Part shown: one piece after another, positions 57,753 to 64,000 of the stretch | Layout: the number at the start of each line of letters is the position of its first letter | Numbering within the stretch: the first letter of the stretch is position 1 | Assembly: GCA_001794215.1 (NCBI GenBank) | Contig: MGJK01000002.1 | Coordinates: 3,310-67,309 of the forward strand | Origin: Candidatus Yanofskybacteria bacterium RIFCSPHIGHO2_01_FULL_44_24 | Lineage (GTDB): Bacteria; Patescibacteriota; Minisyncoccia; 2-02-FULL-40-12; GWA2-44-9 | Length of the DNA: 64,000 bases | Direction of reading: 5' to 3' | Notes under the pieces: generated by a model | Told to the model about the DNA's origin: nothing | The model's input: the letters and a program-made list of their open reading frames with translations, nothing else | The model's database searches: none | Position numbers and translations under genes: made by a program

Positions 57753-60407
57753 TTATGGATTAGATATCAAGGCCCTGAGCGTTCTGCGGGTGATTTCACC
57801 AAAGTAGCCGTACGCCGGTTTAATGCCGTACTTTCCTTGTAACCTTTTCACTGCATCACGGGTAATGCGTCCGAAGTATCCGGTAAGCAAGTCAGACGAA
57901 TAGCCAACCTCGTTCACTAAAAGGGCTTGGAGCTGTTTTACGTCGTTACCGGTGAGTCCAAAGTATAGATCTCTGGTAAACGTGTTGGAGGCAAAAGAAG
58001 AATTAGGATTAGCCATAGCTGTTTCTCCCGGCGGACTCCATGAGAATTGACCGCCCTCAGTACTCGTGAAGTTTAAGGTAACCTGACTGCAGTGTTGACT
58101 TGAAGAATATTTTATATAAGGAGAAGTATATTGTTTTCCAGATTGATCCGTGAGAATGATGCTGGTCCCAGTATTTATTGGGTAGAGGGTGCTAAATCCA
58201 TGGCTTGTTTTATAAAGACTATTTCCGCCTCCCCCACTGCCATTTGCAAACTGGGAAGTAAATTTTACAGGAATATCTGACACCAAATTGAAGCCCGTGA
58301 CGGGCCAAACCAAGAAATCTCCGATATCAGCCACATTATTTATGGGCTGAACGGTTCTTGTAGAAATACCCGAGTAATTACCACCGGGTCCTTGTACTCT
58401 TACGTAGTCAACGCCGCCGGTCGACGTTTTTTGGATTGAAAACTGCGACTGGTCATAGCAGGCTTGGTTGTCGATGTGAACATTATTGACATACGTAGCC
58501 GAGGCATTAGCAATATCATCTTCGGTAAGCTGTATTTCAAACGTGCCGTCGGATTTTAAGTAAAAATCTCTTCTTGTGGTGCCTTTCCAATTCCAGATTA
58601 ACATACTTGTGCTGGTTACAGGCTGGTTGGTTAGGGCATTAACCATTCTTCCTCGTATTGTCAGTGTCATAGGAGCTGGCGTAGGCGTCGGAGTAGGAGT
58701 AGGTGTCGGGGTCGGAGCCGCCAAAAGTAGTGCGCCTACATTTGTTGTCTGTCCTGCGTAAAGATAGATAAGACTTGTCCAGTCATAATATCCGGCTTTT
58801 GAAATTTTAATATTCACAGAATTTGGAGGAACGGTAGCTTGGACGTTACATGGGGTCGACTGACAGTAGACATATCCGGTATTGATATTAGTGGCCACAG
58901 CACCCGAAGGAGTTGAGTTTATAGATAAATTAGCCTGCTGGGTTGGCGTTGGAGTAGGAGTAGGTGCCGGGGTTGGGGTTGGAACAGAAGTTCCTGCGGT
59001 GGCAATAATTTTAACTTCAGACGAGTAACCGTATTGGTTTCCGGAACGAACCTTGAATTCATAAGTAGTGCCAGACTGAAGACCTTGATACTCTATGCCG
59101 GTTCCTGAAACATATATAGGGTTATCCCATGTACCGGTACCCTGAATTCTTTTAGACGTTGCGAAACCAAGCTCGTTATTGGAATTATCTGTCCAATTCA
59201 AGACAATAGACTGTACGCCGTTGCTGTAGGTTTTGGGTGCGGCCGTAAGATTGGTGGGTGCGACGGGAATCGAACCTCCCGGACATGTCGGACGAACCGA
59301 AAAGACTCTGTCTGAAGTATCGGAACCAAGCAAGGTACCTCCAGGAAATGTGGGGCTGTAGGCCTGGACCCTCATTATTACATTACCGCTATCCATATCG
59401 CTTCGCGTATTGACGTCCCCGGAAGCCCAATTATATGATCTGGCGGCGAAATTATGAACATACATCACGTACCACCACGTCGAGCCATTATCAAGGGAGT
59501 AGTTTAACCTCCAATTAGCGACCTCACTGCCAAGAGAAGATGACCAGGTTATTGGAAAAATGCCGGCCATGCACTCACCGCCATTCGGAGAAGCAAGGGT
59601 AACAGTTGAGAGTATGGTTTCGACAGGAACTGAAGTTGGTGTCGGCGTAGGAGTGGGTGAATACTGAATAACGGGCGTTGGAGTCGGCGTAGGAGTATAA
59701 ATTGGAGTATTACTTGGGATTGGTGTTGGAGTGGGCGTTGGAGTTAGTGTCGGTGTTGGGGTTGATATGGAAACTGCCGGACAAGCCCCCTTGGTGTCCC
59801 CGTGCTGGAAGTGGGTATCAAGGGATTCTGGCGCAACTCTTATTGTTTGAAATGTTTGGGGGTCCTCAGACGGATGATGACAGATAACGGGATTATCGGC
59901 TTCTACGCTTCGATTGTATTGGGGAATCTCTTTTAAGGCCCTAAATTCTTCTCCCCTTGGATACCAGTTAAACTCTCTTCGGTTAATACAGAAAACTTTT
60001 TTGAAGAAATCCGGGTCTTCCTGAACGGCCTGATCGCCGGACTTATTTATCCAATGAAGCCGGCCCGCATCTTCACTATCTACACTTGTACCATATACCC
60101 TCTGATCATTGTCTTCGCAGTTTCGGAAAAAACCGGAGGTCGGGAAAGAATCCCTGATTTCCGGAGTAACAAGTTTAACGTTTGCAAATCCGCCGAGATG
60201 ACCGTAGAACTTAAATATTTCCGGGTTGAGAAAAAGCCGCTTATAGCCCTGTTCGTTGATAATATATACGTCGGGATCATCTGAGAAGATGGCGCTTATC
60301 AAGTCCCCATCCTTTAGACCGAAATCAGACGGCTTAGAGGCAAAAACCAACTTCGACCCGACAATAAACGCTAACAGCAGAAGCAGGGGTAGATAGTATC
60401 TCTTCAT
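57753..60407 (-). CDS. Large secreted surface protein (PT linkers, FN3, PEGA-like, C-terminal peptidoglycan-binding domain)
   Basis: Signal peptide, (PT)n tracts, APTNLTA..LNWTDNSNNE FN3, INSTPSGA PEGA-like, GNDVKQLQ..TGYFG.ITRDAVKRLQ PG-binding. Confidence 0.9.
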   Translation of the reverse strand: MKRYYLPLLLLLAFIVGSKLVFASKPSDFGLKDGDLISAIFSDDPDVYIINEQGYKRLFLNPEIFKFYGHLGGFANVKLVTPEIRDSFPTSGFFRNCEDNDQRVYGTSVDSEDAGRLHWINKSGDQAVQEDPDFFKKVFCINRREFNWYPRGEEFRALKEIPQYNRSVEADNPVICHHPSEDPQTFQTIRVAPESLDTHFQHGDTKGACPAVSISTPTPTLTPTPTPTPIPSNTPIYTPTPTPTPVIQYSPTPTPTPTSVPVETILSTVTLASPNGGECMAGIFPITWSSSLGSEVANWRLNYSLDNGSTWWYVMYVHNFAARSYNWASGDVNTRSDMDSGNVIMRVQAYSPTFPGGTLLGSDTSDRVFSVRPTCPGGSIPVAPTNLTAAPKTYSNGVQSIVLNWTDNSNNELGFATSKRIQGTGTWDNPIYVSGTGIEYQGLQSGTTYEFKVRSGNQYGYSSEVKIIATAGTSVPTPTPAPTPTPTPTQQANLSINSTPSGAVATNINTGYVYCQSTPCNVQATVPPNSVNIKISKAGYYDWTSLIYLYAGQTTNVGALLLAAPTPTPTPTPTPTPAPMTLTIRGRMVNALTNQPVTSTSMLIWNWKGTTRRDFYLKSDGTFEIQLTEDDIANASATYVNNVHIDNQACYDQSQFSIQKTSTGGVDYVRVQGPGGNYSGISTRTVQPINNVADIGDFLVWPVTGFNLVSDIPVKFTSQFANGSGGGGNSLYKTSHGFSTLYPINTGTSIILTDQSGKQYTSPYIKYSSSQHCSQVTLNFTSTEGGQFSWSPPGETAMANPNSSFASNTFTRDLYFGLTGNDVKQLQALLVNEVGYSSDLLTGYFGRITRDAVKRLQGKYGIKPAYGYFGEITRRTLRALISNP

Positions 60408-60484
60408 TCTGTTAAGATTAGTTCCCTTGAGGTCTTGCCCGTAACAAGGTTACGAACAAGACTTGCGACGGAACTAATAAAATA

Positions 60485-62263
60485 TTAATACATAGAAGTT
60501 GGCGTAGGGGTGGCATAGATGGGGATTTTGACAAAAGTATATTTGGAACCGCCGGGAAATGTTATCACAAGCTTACTGCCCTGGAAGTAAAAATAATAAG
60601 TTAGTGTCGCATATCCGGTTCCTCCTCCGCCTAACTCGCCTGCCTGGATTGGCTCCTTAATGACTATGGCATTGCCCTCAACGGTGTAGGTCCAGTAATC
60701 AGCTTTCCCGAGTGCGCACAAATTACTGACACTGCAGAACTTATTTCCGTTAAACTCCATATCATTAATACCCATATTCCTATCTGCAGAGTTTTCCGTA
60801 GTCCATAGTCCTTGCAGGTTTTGAACTGCCGTAGACTGAACGGGGGATGGCGTGGGAGTCGGCTTAATGCTTGGTATAGGTGTAGGAGTGGGAGTTTTTA
60901 TCGGCGCAATAACCGGCGTACTGGTTGCCTTTGGTGTTGCCGATGCCTGAGGCTGGTTGGATGCGGGATAATCAGGGACATTCTTATGCAATCTTGATAA
61001 AATTATTTTCTGCTTTTGCGGCGAGTTGGGAGTGGTTGGACCGGTTTTTGGTTCTAAGGATAATTCAAGCTTATCTCCCGACAGTTTAAAGTGAATAGAG
61101 TATGCGGTAACACTGGGCATGATTATCTGATCCTTCGAAATAGTAAACGTCTCATAACGAGGACAGGGTTGGGGCATATCGTTGGGACCTAAAACACCAT
61201 TAATGCATACCTGATTGCCCTTGTATTGGGTATAATTTCCCCCGGCTTGGGTCGGGCGGAAATCTTTAATGAGCGGGTCATACATTAAAATTTGCTCAAC
61301 TTTCCATACACCTTCTAATTTATTGTCAGAAGAACCAGTAGGATCTTGACTATTGGTAGGTGTCGAAGCTGGCGGCGAAGAACTTTTACGTCCAAATAAT
61401 TTTCCGAAGAAAGATTTTACGGAACCGAAAACGCGAGAGAAAAATCCCTTGGACTCCATAACTGGAGGCGTTGATGTAATATATGGAGTTGGTGTCGCTG
61501 GTGATAGGGTTGGCCCAACAGTTTCGTTGGGCTGTTGTCTTGGCTGGTATGATTGGGACGGTGCCGGAGAAGGTGAAGGAGAAGATGTAGTCGATAAAAG
61601 TTTTTTTAAGGTGCATGTCCAGTCGGAATTTACAGAAGCAATCCCCGCTGGCAGGGGACTAACGGCTGGATAGTTATAGGTATAGTCTGAATAGTTAGGT
61701 AGCGTACATTTGATCTTGATCGGCACATTTTCTGGAAGTTTGACTTTGACCGGTGCTTTACCCATGAGCGAGCCGTTGATATAGACCGAAGCAGAGGGTG
61801 GATTTGAACCGATAGTCATATAGCGGCCGCTTGGTGATGATGGAACCGGAGTGGGTGTAGGAGTTGGAACCGGAGTGGGGGTAGGAGCATTGCTAATGCT
61901 TTGATAATTTCCGGTGAAAGCTACCGAGCCTTGAGTATTGGTTGATTTTGTTTCTGATGCCGGAGTTCCACATTCGGAGACACCATTCCAGGTAATCGTA
62001 TAGGTACCGACCGGGATTCCTTGCTGGACCCAATAATAACCGTTGCCATGATAAGTTGCCGGGCCGGTCACGGTAAAAGATGCCTGGGCTGAATTTGAAA
62101 CAACCGCTAATACTCCGGGCTGGGCTTGAGTGGCGTCTGTGATAGTAACACTTCCGGAACAGGGTAGCTGTGTTTGGGCGAAAGCTAAAAGAGGAACAAA
62201 TAGTAATGCCGATAAAAACAGAAAAACAGAGCAAAGAGAGATTTTAATAGTACCGGTGTTCGT
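60485..62263 (-). CDS. Secreted or surface Pro/Thr-rich protein (PEGA-like plus two lipocalin-like domains); probable ACG start
   Basis: Frame stays open upstream of GTG 62071 and encodes a signal peptide back to ACG 62263; SNPPSASVYING, LEGVW, LQGLW motifs. Confidence 0.8.
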   Translation of the reverse strand, partial: TNTGTIKISLCSVFLFLSALLFVPLLAFAQTQLPCSGSVTITDATQAQPGVLAVVSNSAQASFTVTGPATYHGNGYYWVQQGIPVGTYTITWNGVSECGTPASETKSTNTQGSVAFTGNYQSISNAPTPTPVPTPTPTPVPSSPSGRYMTIGSNPPSASVYINGSLMGKAPVKVKLPENVPIKIKCTLPNYSDYTYNYPAVSPLPAGIASVNSDWTCTLKKLLSTTSSPSPSPAPSQSYQPRQQPNETVGPTLSPATPTPYITSTPPVMESKGFFSRVFGSVKSFFGKLFGRKSSSPPASTPTNSQDPTGSSDNKLEGVWKVEQILMYDPLIKDFRPTQAGGNYTQYKGNQVCINGVLGPNDMPQPCPRYETFTISKDQIIMPSVTAYSIHFKLSGDKLELSLEPKTGPTTPNSPQKQKIILSRLHKNVPDYPASNQPQASATPKATSTPVIAPIKTPTPTPIPSIKPTPTPSPVQSTAVQNLQGLWTTENSADRNMGINDMEFNGNKFCSVSNLCALGKADYWTYTVEGNAIVIKEPIQAGELGGGGTGYATLTYYFYFQGSKLVITFPGGSKYTFVKIPIYATPTPTSMY

Positions 62264-62432
62264 ATATTGACTTAAAAATTTATTACCTTAATTATACTCT
62301 TTCCTTGCAAGCTCCGCATTTCCGTTGTCAACAAGTGAAAACCCGGCCGTTAACCAGTTTTCAATTATCATCTCCGCCATCTAACATCTTAAATAAACGA
62401 AAACGAGACGGTTTACGCCTCGTTTTCATATT

Positions 62433-62449
62433 TGGTTGCGGGGGTTGGA
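62433..62449 (-). mobile_element. att-like remnant: 3' end of a tRNA-Met (initiator-type), left boundary of an integrated island
   Basis: Minus strand TCCAACCCCCGCAACCA followed by terminator hairpin 62400-62426; AT-rich Fic gene to the right. Confidence 0.65.
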
Positions 62450-62649
62450 GGACATGAGAACCTATCTCGGGGGATTGAGGGAGTATTCTGGGTTTGGGCT
62501 TGTGAGGGGGGGTGGGGGGGGGGGTAAAATACCATAGTAGTAAATGTAGAGGAATCGTGCGTAATTATAGTTAGGTTTACTTGCAGCAAAACTAACTATA
62601 TGCTATATTAGTGCGTATTAGAGCTATTAATACTAACTAACTAAAACTA

Positions 62650-63807
62650 ATGAAGATAGGAAAATATATATATCATAAGGATGCCCAGTGGGGTACATAT
62701 AAGTCCTTTTTTCCAAATCCATTTCCTCCCGTGGACGGGTTTAATCTACTTCCAGAATTAATTAAAATGGATTCTCGAGCTCAGCATTTTGTTAGTAAAT
62801 TAGACGGGATTACTCAGCTATTACCTGACGTAGACTTTTTTATTTTTATGTATATTTTAAAAGATGCAACTTCTTCTAGTCAGATTGAAGGGACGGGCGC
62901 AACTATGATGGATGCACTTGAAGCAGAGGCAAAAATCGATGCAAATTTACCGGACGATGTCGACGACATTACTCATTATATTAAGGCATTAAATCGCGGT
63001 ATTAAATTACTAGAAAAAATACCAATTAGCACCAGGCTAATAAAGTTAATGCATAAAGAGTTAATGGAGGGTGGGCGCATGACCCATGATGCACGTGCGG
63101 GTGAATTTAGACACGATCAGAACTGGATAAATGGTACAAGTCCTCATGACGCAAAGTATGTTCCACCGCCAGTGGATGTGATGCAACGTTGTCTAAGTGA
63201 TTGGGAAAAGTTTGTCCATGTAGAAAGTAATGACTTATTGCCGCTTACTAAAGCCGCACTTCTGCATGGTCAATTTGAGACAATCCACCCCTTTAGAGAT
63301 GGTAATGGACGAACAGGACGTATGCTTACTACCCTTTATCTTAGAGAAACAGGCTTACTGTCGAAGCCAGTGTTGTTCTTGTCATCATATTTTAAAAAAC
63401 ATCAAAAAGTTTATTATGATCGACTCCATGGATATCATGAGGGGGCAATTGATAAATGGGTGCAATTCTTTCTTGCTGGTATTTCTGAAACCGCACAAGA
63501 AGCCATAGAAACGGTGCATAAAATAACTAAAATAAGAGAGCGTGATATATTAAAGATTCAGAGTATGGATAAGCGCTCCTCTAAAAGTGCAATTGAGGTA
63601 TTACCACGGCTTTTTGCACAACCAATTGTAGATGTAACCACCATATCCGAATGGACTGATTTTACAGGTAATGGTGCTCAAAAATTAATTGATAGGTTCA
63701 TCGAATTAGAAATATTAAAATTGAGAAATCCAGAAAAAAAATATGGCCGCTCTTATATCTATAAAGATTATGTAGATATATTTTATGACGCTCATAAGGA
63801 TAAATAA
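62650..63807 (+). CDS. Fic family AMPylase with N-terminal inhibitory motif and C-terminal HTH-like region
   Basis: HPFRDGNGRTGR canonical motif; SSQIEG inhibitory motif. Confidence 0.93.
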   Translation: MKIGKYIYHKDAQWGTYKSFFPNPFPPVDGFNLLPELIKMDSRAQHFVSKLDGITQLLPDVDFFIFMYILKDATSSSQIEGTGATMMDALEAEAKIDANLPDDVDDITHYIKALNRGIKLLEKIPISTRLIKLMHKELMEGGRMTHDARAGEFRHDQNWINGTSPHDAKYVPPPVDVMQRCLSDWEKFVHVESNDLLPLTKAALLHGQFETIHPFRDGNGRTGRMLTTLYLRETGLLSKPVLFLSSYFKKHQKVYYDRLHGYHEGAIDKWVQFFLAGISETAQEAIETVHKITKIRERDILKIQSMDKRSSKSAIEVLPRLFAQPIVDVTTISEWTDFTGNGAQKLIDRFIELEILKLRNPEKKYGRSYIYKDYVDIFYDAHKDK

Positions 63808-63837
63808 TGCCCATGATTAATTTAGAATTATCTCAAC

Positions 63838-63862
63838 AAAACTGGCCGCAATAGCCAGTTTT
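63838..63862. terminator. Bidirectional terminator
   Basis: AAAACTGGC-cgcaata-GCCAGTTTT. Confidence 0.75.
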
Positions 63863-63889
63863 GTTTTCGGAAGCTTCATCGTTCGTACG

Positions 63890-64000
63890 TTACCAAGAGT
63901 CATATTCATAGTAATCTCCACCACCATAATTTTCATCGTATAGGTTGGGTGATCTTTCTTTCATGCATTGCTTCTCGGAGCCAGCAAAGAGCATATACGC
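63890..64000 (-). CDS. 3' end of a hypothetical protein (window-truncated)
   Basis: Open frame AYMLFAGSEKQCMKERSPNLYDENYGGGDYYEYDSW-stop ending at the terminator. Confidence 0.4.
   Translation of the reverse strand, partial: AYMLFAGSEKQCMKERSPNLYDENYGGGDYYEYDSW

Noticed and set aside
58670-61890. CRISPR array
   Set aside because: The repeats are degenerate Pro-Thr codons inside CDSs. There is no repeat-spacer pattern and no cas gene.

Overview
The window looks like a chromosomal segment of a Patescibacteria/CPR (Parcubacteria-like) bacterium using genetic code 11. This is inferred from the gene set, the compact spacing, many leaderless genes, the rpsO-NYN-pnp order and CPR-type repeats. Housekeeping genes include infB (3' part), gatCA, ligA, xer, recG, holA, mutM, polA, tsaE, pnp, rpsO and metK with a SAM riboswitch. 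It also holds a dTDP-rhamnose cluster, a complete type IV pilus/competence locus, five intact tRNAs, large Pro/Thr-rich surface proteins and, at the right end, the edge of an island integrated at a tRNA-Met. Two features stand out. (1) A seven-gene minus-strand cluster at 31985-39841 encodes ClpP, an AAA+ ATPase, a tandem E2/E2-like coiled-coil protein, a JAB peptidase, an E1, a ubiquitin-like protein ending in GG, and a single-domain Clp ATPase with an IGF ClpP-docking loop. It is a candidate bacterial ubiquitin-like tagging system linked to its own protease. (2) At 27169-27402 a tRNA-Arg(GCG) is split at the anticodon loop by a 162-nt structured insert that contains a second, intact tRNA-Arg(GCG). 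Also notable are four variant parS-like palindromes, boxA-like leaders on accessory genes, MITE-like elements, and palindromic or heptamer repeats inserted in frame in core enzymes. All calls come from reading the sequence by eye; no database search was run.
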